NCBI GenBank assembly: GCA_032718475.1
Contig: JAUCBJ010006774.1
Coordinates: 1 to 64,000 of the forward strand
Origin: Nemertoderma westbladi
Lineage: Eukaryota > Animalia > Xenacoelomorpha
Direction of reading: 5' to 3'
DNA: 64,000 bases
Below the pieces are notes generated by a model. It made no database searches, was not told where the DNA came from, and worked only from the letters and a program-made list of their open reading frames with translations. Each line of letters begins with the position of its first letter. The first letter of the stretch is position 1. A program made the position numbers and the translations under genes. This document shows, one piece after another, positions 11,235 through 25,500 of the stretch.

Positions 11235-13215
11235 ACTGGACTTATAAAGTACATTCCGAAACACAACGTCAAAGTCATTGCTGGTGACCTGAATGCTAAA
11301 TTTTCCCAGAAGACATCAAGGGTTACACCTGCTATAACACCAGTTCGAACAGAAAGGGGCGCTTACTCTTAGACCTAATGGAAGATATACCAGAATATAA
11401 TAAAAGCCCACAAGGAATCTAGGCAAGAGGCATATTCCCCAGAAACCCAAACGAATATAGTACATGTCATGGCAAGACTCTGATGTTACTTGTAAGAGAG
11501 AAGATCTTAAAATAGCCTACAAAGTAAAAATAGAACAACCGAAAACGTCAACAAGGTTGAGAAAGCTAAGGACGATCTTAAATTGGGCTACAACATCAGC
11601 CAGGAGACGTACATACGGGACAAGATGGAAGAAATTACAACTGATCACAACAGCAACAATCAAGACTTACCTGGCAAATTGAAAATGAGGTATCTGGTCG
11701 GAAAAGTTGTGCTAAGGGGAGCCTCAAAGCCGATAGTCCTGAAGAACGTGTTGGGAATTGGAAAAATCACTTCAACAGCAACTTGCTTGGGCAGCCACCA
11801 AACATCGAGGTCAGTCGTACAAGGAAAATATATGACAAGACACTACCCATAGAAACAGGGGACTTCACACCTGCCGAACTCCAAAGAAGCATTAAAAGCA
11901 TGTCCAATAGTAAAGCAAGTGGATTAGATGAAATCACAGCGGAGGTATGGAAAACAGGAGTGCTAAATAGACCATTATTGGATGATTGCAACCAGATGCT
12001 GAAAGGGGAAGAATAGCCGCCACCAATTTTGACTAAAGCCTCTCCCTAAGAAAGAAGACCTCGGTGTACCAACAAACTATCGTGGGATCTGTCTGCTTGT
12101 GGTAGCTGCCAAATTATATAACAAAATGATTCTATATAGAATTAGACCTCACATAGAGAAACTGCTGCGAAAGAGCCAAAACGGATTTCGACGAAATGTA
12201 TCTTATGTAATACCAGAAGTAATTGTTGCTGGCATTGGATTATTATATTGTGACACAAAAGCGCAGGTACTCTCACCAGATGGTGAAACTGAGTTCTTCC
12301 CAATCCTGGCTGGCGTACTGCAAGGTGACACATTAGCACCATTACTATTTGTAATTGTGCTGGATTATGCAATGAGGATGGCCACCAAGGGTGAAGATCT
12401 GGGATTCACACTACAAGAACGCAGAAGTAGTAGATATCCAGCAACTACAGTCACAGACACCGACTTTGCGGATGACATCGCCCTGCTCTCTAATACGCTA
12501 GCGGATGCACAGCTTCTACTGAATAAAGTGGAGAGGGCTGCTAAGGAGGTTGGATTGCATATAAATGCTACCAAGACTAAATTCATGACTTTTAATGTTG
12601 ATGGAAACTTGACAACCATTGATAATAATCAACTAACGAAGGTTGACGGCTTCCAGTACCTAGGATCATGGATAGAGAGTAGCAAAAAGGACATAGAAGT
12701 TAGGAAAGCAAAGGCTTGGGTAGCTCTATCAAAAATGGATACCATCTGGAAATCAGATCTCTCCAGGCACCTGAAGACTAAGTTCTTTCGAGCCACAGTG
12801 GAAAGTGTATTTTTATACGGGGGTGAGACCTGGACACTGACTAAATCACTTGAACAATGAATTGATGGTTGCTACACAAGACTACTAAGGGCAGCCCTAA
12901 ACATCAGCTGGAGACACCACATGACAAATGCCGAGCTTTATGGTACAATACCACCTGTATCAACCACCCTCCGTGAACGCAGATTAAGATTCAGTGGGCA
13001 CTGCTGGCGAAGTAAAGACGAGGTCATACCAGATCTACTTTTCTGGCAACCAACGCATGGAAAGCGTAGTCGTGGACGACCTGCCATAACATATATAGAT
13101 CAGCTTGAAAGGGATACTGAACTTGGGAGAAACGAAATTGCGACAACTATGGTGAATCGGGAAGCCTGGAAGGATCTCATTTCCACTGTCCGTGTTCGCT
13201 CGACCTAGTAGTAGT
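11235..13215 (+). mobile_element. Degenerate RTE-clade LINE (partial APE endonuclease plus RT; frameshifts, stops, internal deletions)
   Basis: IAGDLNAK (APE); KASGLDEI; NYRGI; QNGFRR; GVLQGDTLAPLLF; DFADDIAL; FQYLGS; RLRFSGHCWR...RGRPAITY...DTEL. (TAG)n tail. Possible TSD GTTACACAATG at 11224-11234 and 13679-13689 (ambiguous inside a repeat). Confidence 0.9.
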
Positions 13216-13681
13216 TTGAGAATCGGGAAGCCTGGAAGGATCTCATTTCCACTGTCCGTGTTCGCTCGACCTAGTAGTAGTTGGAGAATCAGGAAGCCTG
13301 GAAGGATCTCATTTCCACCGTCCGAGTTCGCTCACTCTAGTAGTAGTAGTAGAATCAGGAAGCCTGGAAGAATCTCATTTCCACTGTCCGAGTTCGCTCG
13401 ACCTAGTAGTAGTTGGAGAATCAGGAAGCCTGGAAGGATCTCATTTCCACTGTCCGAGTTCGCTCGCTCTAGTAGTAGTAGTAGAATCGGGAAGCCTGGA
13501 AGGATCTAATTTCCACCGTCCGAGTTCGCTCGCTCTAGTAGTAGTTGGAGAATCAGGAAGCCTGGAAGGATCTCATTTCCACTGTCCGAGTTTGCTCGCT
13601 CTAGTAGTAGTTGGAGAATCAGGAAGCCTGGAAGGATCTCATTTCCACTGTCCGAGTTTTCTTGCTCTAGTAGCAGTAGTT
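13154..13681 (+). repeat. Eight tandem 66-bp copies of the RTE 3' terminus including its TAG tail
   Basis: gaatc(a/g)ggaagcctggaaggatctcatttccactgtccg...ctagtagtagt recurs at 13154, 13220, 13286 and so on to 13616. Confidence 0.9.
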
Positions 13682-13718
13682 ACACAATGGTATACTGTTA
13701 CAATGCTATACTGTTATA

Positions 13719-14825
13719 GGGGGCGTTCATAAAGTATGTCACGCGCTAGAGGGGGAGGGGGGTGTCGACTTTTGTGACGGTCACGGCGATGTTCTACGGT
13801 AGGCCTATGCTTTAATGTTAGCGTGGCTTTGACTTTCACACATGTGTAGAAGAGTGGGTAACTTTAAGGAAAACAATAAACTCAATAACATTGAGTATAA
13901 TCGATAAATTGAGTAGGACATAGAAGCCATTGACTCCAACACTGTAATACCTGTTATTAATATAGAATAAGAACACTTGACTTGCCCGTGGGAAAATGTC
14001 AATCTATTGATTGGGGATGTTGCGAATGTCATATTTTTAACATCCGCGGATGCAGATGTCTATTAAAACATATATATTTTTAGTGTTTACTGTATAGTGT
14101 ACAACAATGTGCCTGTACACCCACTGGTACACACAAAATCGAACTTCTAAGGTTGCTCCTCTTACAGAGTCTGTTTTGTCTGTCTGTTTGTCGGTCAAAA
14201 ATTAACCTCACCAAAATATGCCCATGGGGTTTTTCAGGTCGGCGAACTCATTTCCGATGTCAGTTTTTACTTTTGACAGCATCTTGACTGTCTGTTTCTT
14301 TGTATGTCTGTCAGTCAGTCTGTTTGTCTGTCTGTAGGTATATCGGACAAACAATAAACAAGTATTATTATTATTGTATTTTTTAATTACCGTTAGTATT
14401 ACTATTCGAATATAGTTACTATTAATTACCAGTAATTATTATTGAAAATTTAATTGAGTCTGAGGGCCTTCAGACAGGATGCTTGAATAGTGCATATCAC
14501 ATCCGCATGTCACATCCGCATGCCATGGGTGCGGATGCGGATGCGAAAAATCATGCGGATATCGGCGGATGCGGACATTCGCCACATCCCTAGTGATTGA
14601 ATTAATATATATATTTTTTTTTTTAATTTATATTGTATTTTGGCATAACAAACATTATGTATTATTACAATAAAATATTTTTTGTGGGGGGGGGGGGGGG
14701 GTATTACAAATTGTCTAATGTGACAAAGGGGGGGTGGGGGGTCGAGCTTGTGTCACACTTTGTGACAGGGGGGAGGGGGGGTCAAAAATCTGAAAAAGTT
14801 CCGTGACATACTTTATGTACCCCGC
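13719..14825. mobile_element. Non-autonomous TIR DNA transposon (MITE) flanked by TA
   Basis: Left GGGGGCGTTCATAAAGTATGTCACG, right CGTGACATACTTTATGTACCCCGC; G-tract subterminal regions. Superfamily not determined. Confidence 0.7.
14012..14592. mobile_element. Nested degenerate hAT-like MITE
   Basis: TGGGGATGTTGCGAATGTC ... GACATTCGCCACATCCCTA, with subterminal CATCCGC/GCGGATG repeats. No clean TSD. Confidence 0.5.
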
Positions 14826-15807
14826 TATACTGTTATACAATGAATGCTATACTGTTACAATGCTCTATGCAATGATTGTGACGAGGTAGGATTCCACGAG
14901 CTGGCAGGTTTATAGTGATGTCAAAGTGTTCAAAACTTAAATTCGCACCCTTTTTTCATAATTTTTTCGAATATATATTTTGTTCTATATATCTTGTTAT
15001 TGGTTCATTTGTTGTAATCTACTAATCCCGCTGCAGTTACGTCTGAATTGTTAATTATATATTTTTAGTATTATTAGGAAATAATAAATTTCAAATATTT
15101 CGTTCAGGTTGTGCGGGTGGTTAGAATGTCTGAAGGTCGTGAGGTCTAGCCCCATAAGGGGTACTCCTCACTTTTCGCTAACCTGTTAACTAGCTTCACC
15201 CCGCCATGCTGTAATCGGATCATAACATTATGCTGGGGTGTAAAGAAAAGGTATTGAATAGTGAAGTTTTGTACCTTGGGATTTAGTGTGGTGCCCTACC
15301 TGGCTTATAGTTAACAGCTAAGCGGGAGAGGAACCTTCAGATTGCCTTCGGTGGTTTGTGATTCACTGATAACATGTCTGTCCACCATGCTTATTCACTC
15401 CATGAGGCCGCCAAAGTACAAGATTATGCACTGGCTGTTCCTATATTATGTCATATAGAGTCTGATTGTTGACTTCTTGACAAATGAACCCGGCGTGGTA
15501 TTCTTGTGGAAGAACTATATAATATAACATTATATCATAAACATCAATTTAATTTAACTATAACATAAATTTTGTATCCTCAGCAGTTAGAGCCCAACAT
15601 GGACTCCCACTTGGTCAGTTTGCTGACGGGATGTAGATATTAGTTAGGGGCAGACCTTGACTACTGTCAATATTCGGACGTCCAAAGTGGGGGGGGGGGG
15701 GGGGGGGGGGGGGGTCCGAAAATGGACGTCCTTTGTGGACGCGACCCCTTATTTTGTAGCCTACCCTTGTACCCCTACAGGTATGTGTATTAAAATATTA
15801 CAAAAAA

Positions 15808-15892
15808 GTTGTGGCGGTGCAATTTTGTTGACAAGCCGGCACAGCATTCTTAAAAATGCATGCTGCAATGCAGCATGCCGATCCTAGTAGTA
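15808..15892 (+). mobile_element. Extreme 3' end of a second RTE family (related pieces at about 8005-8060 plus and 15378-15442 minus)
   Basis: Matches the reverse complement of 56490-56557; ends CTAGTAGTA. Confidence 0.65.
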
Positions 15893-16527
15893 CAAAAAAT
15901 GTCGTCGAAATTTTAAAAATCATAATTTCAGATTACCAAATTAGTTCAATAATTTCCGTTTTGTATATCAGTTTCAGTGTCTCATCAGCACTCACTACCC
16001 ACCATTAATTATTAGAAGACTCTTCTTCTTAGTGCATACTCTGTAAACGTATCATGGTATTTGTGTTCAAAAATGTGAACTTCTCGGTAAACACTGTCGA
16101 TCCTTCATTTCTATTATTTCCCTTAACCAATTGGATGGATACACGTTTGGGGTGGTGGACAATGGTACCTTCCATGTAATAAACCACACTAACAACAATA
16201 ATAATTCTGAGATAATTTATTGTTCTCGAATATAGTCTGCACCAATCACTATTCTGCGTTTTAATGGGCCCTTTTTCAGTCCTACATGATTGACAGCTTC
16301 AACGTACGTTCAATTTCATTTTATTTTTGTATTTTTAGTTTAAATTTAAGTTTAATGTAAATAAAAAACATTAAGGAAAGGAGCAGGTAACTATGTCTGT
16401 GTTTTCTAACAAAAACAATAAACGAAACTTTATTTCACTTCCGGTCAACGCGCACCACAGAGATTTATATGTTTAATTAATTGCTAAAATCGTTAATAGG
16501 CGTTTTCGATTTAATTACCTGCCAGTT

Positions 16528-19500
16528 CTGCAAGTAGGCCATCCACGGTTCTACCTTACACTGCAAGTAGGCCATCCACGGTTCTACCTTACTCTGCAAG
16601 TAGGCCATCCACGGTTCTACCTTACACTGCAAGTAGGCCATCCACGGTTCTACCTTACTCTGCAAGTAGGCCATCCACGGTTCTACCTTACACTGCAAGT
16701 AGGCCATCCACGGTTCTACCTTACTCTGCAAGTAGGCCATCCACATCCACGGTTCTACCTTACTCTGCAAGTAGGCCATCCACGGTTCTACCTTACTCTG
16801 CAAGTAGGCCATCCACGGTTCTACCTTACTCTGCAAGTAGGCCATCCACGGTTCTACCTTACTCTGCAAGTAGGCCATCCACGGTTCTACCTTACTCTGC
16901 AAGTAGGCCATCCACGGTTCTACCTTACTCTGCAAGTAGGCCATCCACGGTTCTACCTTACTCTGCAAGTAGGCCATCCACGGTTCTACCTTACTCTGCA
17001 AGTAGGCCATCCACGGTTCTACCTTACTCTGCAAGTAGGCCATCCACGGTTCTACCTTACTCTGCAAGTAGGCCATCCACGGTTCTACCTTACTCTGCAA
17101 GTAGGCCATCCACGGTTCTACCTTACTCTGCAAGTAGGCCATCCACGGTTCTACCTTACTCTGCAAGTAGGCCATCCACGGTTCTACCTTACTCTGCAAG
17201 TAGGCCATCCACGGTTCTACCTTACTCTGCAAGTAGGCCATCCACGGTTCTACCTTACTCTGCAAGTAGGCCATCCACGGTTCTACCTTACTCTGCAAGT
17301 AGGCCATCCACGGTTCTACCTTACTCTGCAAGTAGGCCATCCACGGTTCTACCTTACTCCGCAAGTAGGCCATCCACGGTTCTACCTTACTCTGCAAGTA
17401 GGCCATCCACGGTTCTACCTTACACTGCAAGTAGGCCATCCACGGTTCCACCTTACTCTGCAAGTAGGCCATCCACGGTTCTACCTTACTCTGCAAGTAG
17501 GCCATCCACGGTTCTACCTTACACTGCAAGTAGGCCATCCACGGTTCTACCTTACTCTGCAAGTAGGCCATCCACGGTTCTACCTTACTCTGCTAGTAGG
17601 CCATCCACGGTTCTACCTTACACTGCTAGTAGGCCATCCACGGTTCTACCTTACTCTGCTAGTAGGCCATCCACGGTTCTACCTTACTCTGCAAGTAGGC
17701 CATCCACGGTTCTACCTTACTCTGCAAGTAGGCCATCCACGGTTCTACCTTACTCTGCAAGTAGGCCATCCACGGTTCTACCTTACTCTGCAAGTAGGCC
17801 ATCCACGGTTCTACCTTACACTGCAAGTAGGCCATCCACGGTTCTACCTTACTCTGCAAGTAGGCCATCCACGGTTCTACCTTACACTGCAAGTAGGCCA
17901 TCCACGGTTCTACCTTACTCTGCTAGTAGGCCATCCACGGTTCTACCTTACTCTGCAAGTAGGCCATCCACGGTTCTACCTTACTCTGCAAGTAGGCCAT
18001 CCACGGTTCTACCTTACTCTGCTAGTAGGCCATCCACGGTTCTACCTTACTCTGCAAGTAGGCCATCCACGGTTCTACCTTACTCTGCAAGTAGGCCATC
18101 CACGGTTCTACCTTACTCTGCAAGTAGGCCATCCACGGTTCTACCTTACTCTGCAAGTAGGCCATCCACGGTTCTACCTTACTCTGCAAGTAGGCCATCC
18201 ACGGTTCTACCTTACTCTGCTAGTAGGCCATCCACGGTTCTACCTTACTCTGCAAGTAGGCCATCCACGGTTCTACCTTACTCTGCAAGTAGGCCATCCA
18301 CGGTTCTACCTTACTCTGCAAGTAGGCCATCCACGGTTCTACCTTACTCTGCAAGTAGGCCATCCACGGTTCTACCTTACTCTGCAAGTAGGCCATCCAC
18401 GGTTCTACCTTACACTGCAAGTAGGCCATCCACGGTTCTACCTTACTCTGCAAGTAGGCCATCCACGGTTCTACCTTACTCTGCAAGTAAGCCATCAACG
18501 GTTCTACCTTACACTGCAAGTAGGCCATCCACGGTTCTACCTTACACTGCTAGTAGGCCATCCACGGTTCTACCTTACTCTGCAAGTAGGCCATCCACGG
18601 TTCTACCTTACTCTGCAAGTAGGCCATCCACGGTTCTACCTTACACTGCAAGTAGGCCATCCACGGTTCTACCTTACTCTGCAAGTAGGCCATCCACGGT
18701 TCTACCTTACACTGCTAGTAGGCCATCCACGGTTCTACCTTACTCTGCTAGTAGGCCATCCACGGTTCTACCTTACTCTGCAAGTAGGCCATCCACGGTT
18801 CTACCTTACTCTGCAAGTAGGCCATCCACGGTTCTACCTTACTCTGCAAGTAGGCCATCCACGGTTCTACCTTACTCTGCAAGTAGGCCATCCACGGTTC
18901 TACCTTACTCTGCAAGTAGGCCATCCACGGTTCTACCTTACTCTGCAAGTAGGCCATCCACGGTTCTACCTTACTCTGCAAGTAGGCCATCCACGGTTCT
19001 ACCTTACTCTGCAAGTAGGCCATCCACGGTTCTACCTTACTCTGCTAGTAGGCCATCCACGGTTCTACCTTACTCTGCAAGTAGGCCATCCACGGTTCTA
19101 CCTTACTCTGCAAGTAGGCCATCCACGGTTCTACCTTACTCTGCAAGTAGGCCATCCACGGTTCTACCTTACTCTGCAAGTAGGCCATCCACGGTTCTAC
19201 CTTACTCTGCAAGTAGGCCATCCACGGTTCTACCTTACTCTGCTAGTAGGCCATCCACGGTTCTACCTTACTCTGCAAGTAGGCCATCCACGGTTCTACC
19301 TTACTCTGCAAGTAGGCCATCCACGGTTCTACCTTACTCTGCAAGTAGGCCATCCACGGTTCTACCTTACTCTGCAAGTAGGCCATCCACGGTTCTACCT
19401 TACTCTGCAAGTAGGCCATCCACGGTTCTACCTTACACTGCAAGTAGGCCATCCACGGTTCTACCTTACTCTGCAAGTAGGCCATCCACGGTTCTACCTT

Positions 19501-22500
19501 ACTCTGCAAGTAAGCCATCCACGGTTCTACCTTACACTGCAAGTAGGCCATCCACGGTTCTACCTTACTCTGCTAGTAGGCCATCCACGGTTCTACCTTA
19601 CTCTGCAAGTAGGCCATCCACGGTTCTACCTTACTCTGCAAGTAGGCCATCCACGGTTCTACCTTACTCTGCAAGTAGGCCATCCACGGTTCTACCTTAC
19701 TCTGCAAGTAGGCCATCCACGGTTCTACCTTACTCTGCAAGTAGGCCATCCACGGTTCTACCTTACTCTGCAAGTAGGCCATCCACGGTTCTACCTTACT
19801 CTGCAAGTAGGCCATCCACGGTTCTACCTTACTCTGCAAGTAGGCCATCCACGGTTCTACCTTACTCTGCAAGTAGGCCATCCACGGTTCTACCTTACTC
19901 TGCAAGTAGGCCATCCACGGTTCTACCTTACTCTGCTAGTAGGCCATCCACGGTTCTACCTTACACTGCTAGTAGGCCATCCACGGTTCTACCTTACTCT
20001 GCAAGTAGGCCATCCACGGTTCTACCTTACTCTGCAAGTAGGCCATCCACGGTTCTACCTTACTCTGCAAGTAGGCCATCCACGGTTCTACCTTACTCTG
20101 CAAGTAGGCCATCCACGGTTCTACCTTACTCTGCAAGTAGGCCATCCACGGTTCTACCTTACTCTGCAAGTAGGCCATCCACGGTTCTACCTTACTCTGC
20201 AAGTAGGCCATCCACGGTTCTACCTTACTCTGCAAGTAGGCCATCCACGGTTCTACCTTACTCTGCAAGTAGGCCATCCACGGTTCTACCTTACTCTGCA
20301 AGTAGGCCATCCACGGTTCTACCTTACTCTGCAAGTAGGCCATCCACGGTTCTACCTTACTCTGCAAGTAGGCCATCCACGGTTCTACCTTACTCTGCAA
20401 GTAGGCCATCCACGGTTCTACCTTACTCTGCAAGTAGGCCATCCACGGTTCTACCTTACTCTGCAAGTAGGCCATCCACGGTTCTACCTTACTCTGCAAG
20501 TAGGCCATCCACGGTTCTACCTTACTCTGCAAGTAGGCCATCCACGGTTCTACCTTACACTGCAAGTAGGCCATCCACGGTTCTACCTTACTCTGCAAGT
20601 AGGCCATCCACGGTTCTACCTTACTCTGCAAGTAGGCCATCCACGGTTCTACCTTACTCTGCAAGTAGGCCATCCACGGTTCTACCTTACTCTGCAAGTA
20701 GGCCATCCACGGTTCTACCTTACTCTGCAAGTAGGCCATCCACGGTTCTACCTTACTCTGCAAGTAGGCCATCCACGGTTCTACCTTACTCTGCAAGTAG
20801 GCCATCCACGGTTCTACCTTACTCTGCAAGTAGGCCATCCACGGTTCTACCTTACTCTGCAAGTAGGCCATCCACGGTTCTACCTTACTCTGCAAGTAGG
20901 CCATCCACGGTTCTACCTTACTCTGCAAGTAGGCCATCCACGGTTCTACCTTACTCTGCTAGTAGGCCATCCACGGTTCTACCTTACTCTGCAAGTAGGC
21001 CATCCACGGTTCTACCTTACTCTGCAAGTAGGCCATCCACGGTTCTACCTTACTCTGCAAGTAGGCCATCCACGGTTCTACCTTACTCTGCAAGTAGGCC
21101 ATCCACGGTTCTACCTTACTCTGCAAGTAGGCCATCCACGGTTCTACCTTACTCTGCAAGTAGGCCATCCACGGTTCTACCTTACTCTGCAAGTAGGCCA
21201 TCCACGGTTCTACCTTACTCTGCAAGTAGGCCATCCACGGTTCTACCTTACTCTGCAAGTAGGCCATCCACGGTTCTACCTTACTCTGCAAGTAGGCCAT
21301 CCACGGTTCTACCTTACTCTGCAAGTAGGCCATCCACGGTTCTACCTTACTCTGCAAGTAGGCCATCCACGGTTCTACCTTACTCTGCTAGTAGGCCATC
21401 CACGGTTCTACCTTACTCTGCAAGTAGGCCATCCACGGTTCTACCTTACTCTGCAAGTAGGCCATCCACGGTTCTACCTTACTCTGCAAGTAGGCCATCC
21501 ACGGTTCTACCTTACTCTGCAAGTAGGCCATCCACGGTTCTACCTTACTCTGCAAGTAGGCCATCCACGGTTCTACCTTACTCTGCAAGTAGGCCATCCA
21601 CGGTTCTACCTTACTCTGCAAGTAGGCCATCCACGGTTCTACCTTACTCTGCAAGTAGGCCATCCACGGTTCTACCTTACTCTGCAAGTAGGCCATCCAC
21701 GGTTCTACCTTACTCTGCAAGTAGGCCATCCACGGTTCTACCTTACTCTGCAAGTAGGCCATCCACGGTTCTACCTTACTCTGCAAGTAGGCCATCCACG
21801 GTTCTACCTTACTCTGCAAGTAGGCCATCCACGGTTCTACCTTACTCTGCAAGTAGGCCATCCACGGTTCTACCTTACTCTGCAAGTAGGCCATCCACGG
21901 TTCTACCTTACTCTGCAAGTAGGCCATCCACGGTTCTACCTTACTCTGCAAGTAGGCCATCCACGGTTCTACCTTACTCTGCTAGTAGGCCATCCACGGT
22001 TCTACCTTACTCTGCAAGTAGGCCATCCACGGTTCTACCTTACTCTGCAAGTAGGCCATCCACGGTTCTACCTTACTCTGCAAGTAGGCCATCCACGGTT
22101 CTACCTTACTCTGCAAGTAGGCCATCCACGGTTCTACCTTACTCTGCAAGTAGGCCATCCACGGTTCTACCTTACTCTGCAAGTAGGCCATCCACGGTTC
22201 TACCTTACTCTGCAAGTAGGCCATCCACGGTTCTACCTTACTCTGCAAGTAGGCCATCCACGGTTCTACCTTACTCTGCAAGTAGGCCATCCACGGTTCT
22301 ACCTTACTCTGCAAGTAGGCCATCCACGGTTCTACCTTACTCTGCTAGTAGGCCATCCACGGTTCTACCTTACTCTGCAAGTAGGCCATCCACGGTTCTA
22401 CCTTACTCTGCAAGTAGGCCATCCACGGTTCTACCTTACTCTGCAAGTAGGCCATCCACGGTTCTACCTTACTCTGCAAGTAGGCCATCCACGGTTCTAC

Positions 22501-25500
22501 CTTACTCTGCTAGTAGGCCATCCACGGTTCTACCTTACTCTGCAAGTAGGCCATCCACGGTTCTACCTTACTCTGCAAGTAGGCCATCCACGGTTCTACC
22601 TTACTCTGCAAGTAGGCCATCCACGGTTCTACCTTACTCTGCAAGTAGGCCATCCACGGTTCTACCTTACTCTGCAAGTAGGCCATCCACGGTTCTACCT
22701 TACTCTGCAAGTAGGCCATCCACGGTTCTACCTTACTCTGCAAGTAGGCCATCCACGGTTCTACCTTACTCTGCAAGTAGGCCATCCACGGTTCTACCTT
22801 ACTCTGCAAGTAGGCCATCCACGGTTCTACCTTACTCTGCAAGTAGGCCATCCACGGTTCTACCTTACTCTGCAAGTAGGCCATCCACGGTTCTACCTTA
22901 CTCTGCTAGTAGGCCATCCACGGTTCTACCTTACTCTGCAAGTAGGCCATCCACGGTTCTACCTTACTCTGCAAGTAGGCCATCCACGGTTCTACCTTAC
23001 TCTGCAAGTAGGCCATCCACGGTTCTACCTTACTCTGCAAGTAGGCCATCCACGGTTCTACCTTACTCTGCTAGTAGGCCATCCACGGTTCTACCTTACT
23101 CTGCTAGTAGGCCATCCACGGTTCTACCTTACTCTGCAAGTAGGCCATCCACGGTTCTACCTTACTCTGCAAGTAGGCCATCCACGGTTCTACCTTACTC
23201 TGCAAGTAGGCCATCCACGGTTCTACCTTACTCTGCAAGTAGGCCATCCACGGTTCTACCTTACACTGCAAGTAGGCCATCCACGGTTCTACCTTACTCT
23301 GCTAGTAGGCCATCCACGGTTCTACCTTACTCTGCAAGTAGGCCATCCACGGTTCTACCTTACTCTGCAAGTAGGCCATCCACGGTTCTACCTTACTCTG
23401 CAAGTAGGCCATCCACGGTTCTACCTTACTCTGCAAGTAGGCCATCCACGGTTCTACCTTACTCTGCAAGTAGGCCATCCACGGTTCTACCTTACTCTGC
23501 AAGTAGGCCATCCACGGTTCTACCTTACTCTGCAAGTAGGCCATCCACGGTTCTACCTTACTCTGCAAGTAGGCCATCCACGGTTCTACCTTACTCTGCA
23601 AGTAGGCCATCCACGGTTCTACCTTACTCTGCAAGTAGGCCATCCACGGTTCTACCTTACTCTGCAAGTAGGCCATCCACGGTTCTACCTTACTCTGCTA
23701 GTAGGCCATCCACGGTTCTACCTTACTCTGCAAGTAGGCCATCCACGGTTCTACCTTACTCTGCTAGTAGGCCATCCACGGTTCTACCTTACTCTGCAAG
23801 TAGGCCATCCACGGTTCTACCTTACTCTGCAAGTAGGCCATCCACGGTTCTACCTTACTCTGCAAGTAGGCCATCCACGGTTCTACCTTACTCTGCAAGT
23901 AGGCCATCCACGGTTCTACCTTACTCTGCAAGTAGGCCATCCACGGTTCTACCTTACTCTGCAAGTAGGCCATCCACGGTTCTACCTTACTCTGCAAGTA
24001 GGCCATCCACGGTTCTACCTTACTCTGCAAGTAGGCCATCCACGGTTCTACCTTACTCTGCTAGTAGGCCATCCACGGTTCTACCTTACTCTGCAAGTAG
24101 GCCATCCACGGTTCTACCTTACTCTGCAAGTAGGCCATCCACGGTTCTACCTTACTCTGCAAGTAGGCCATCCACGGTTCTACCTTACTCTGCTAGTAGG
24201 CCATCCACGGTTCTACCTTACTCTGCTAGTAGGCCATCCACGGTTCTACCTTACTCTGCTAGTAGGCCATCCACGGTTCTACCTTACTCTGCAAGTAGGC
24301 CATCCACGGTTCTACCTTACTCTGCAAGTAGGCCATCCACGGTTCTACCTTACTCTGCAAGTAGGCCATCCACGGTTCTACCTTACTCTGCAAGTAGGCC
24401 ATCCACGGTTCTACCTTACTCTGCAAGTAGGCCATCCACGGTTCTACCTTACTCTGCAAGTAGGCCATCCACGGTTCTACCTTACTCTGCAAGTAGGCCA
24501 TCCACGGTTCTACCTTACTCTGCAAGTAGGCCATCCACGGTTCTACCTTACTCTGCAAGTAGGCCATCCACGGTTCTACCTTACTCTGCTAGTAGGCCAT
24601 CCACGGTTCTACCTTACTCTGCTAGTAGGCCATCCACGGTTCTACCTTACTCTGCTAGTAGGCCATCCACGGTTCTACCTTACTCTGCAAGTAGGCCATC
24701 CACGGTTCTACCTTACTCTGCAAGTAGGCCATCCACGGTTCTACCTTACTCTGCAAGTAGGCCATCCACGGTTCTACCTTACTCTGCAAGTAGGCCATCC
24801 ACGGTTCTACCTTACTCTGCAAGTAGGCCATCCACGGTTCTACCTTACTCTGCAAGTAGGCCATCCACGGTTCTACCTTACTCTGCTAGTAGGCCATCCA
24901 CGGTTCTACCTTACTCTGCTAGTAGGCCATCCACGGTTCTACCTTACTCTGCAAGTAGGCCATCCACGGTTCTACCTTACTCTGCAAGTAGGCCATCCAC
25001 GGTTCTACCTTACTCTGCAAGTAGGCCATCCACGGTTCTACCTTACTCTGCAAGTAGGCCATCCACGGTTCTACCTTACTCTGCAAGTAGGCCATCCACG
25101 GTTCTACCTTACACTGCAAGTAGGCCATCCACGGTTCTACCTTACTCTGCAAGTAGGCCATCCACGGTTCTACCTTACTCTGCAAGTAGGCCATCCACGG
25201 TTCTACCTTACTCTGCAAGTAGGCCATCCACGGTTCTACCTTACTCTGCAAGTAGGCCATCCACGGTTCTACCTTACTCTGCTAGTAGGCCATCCACGGT
25301 TCTACCTTACTCTGCAAGTAGGCCATCCACGGTTCTACCTTACTCTGTGCAAGTAGGCCATCCACGGTTCTACCTTACTCTGCTAGTAGGCCATCCACGG
25401 TTCTACCTTACTCTGCTAGTAGGCCATCCACGGTTCTACCTTACTCTGCTAGTAGGCCATCCACGGTTCTACCTTACTCTGCAAGTAGGCCATCCACGGT

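Noticed and set aside
14685-15715. Poly-G tracts as regulatory G-quadruplex elements
   Set aside because: They lie within subterminal regions of MITE relics; no independent support.
15855-15892. Helitron 3' end (hairpin GCATGCTGCAATGCAGCATGC followed by CTAG)
   Set aside because: The homologous copy at 56490-56790 is continuous with an RTE ORF C-terminus, lacks the hairpin, and CTAG is the start of a (TAG)n tail.
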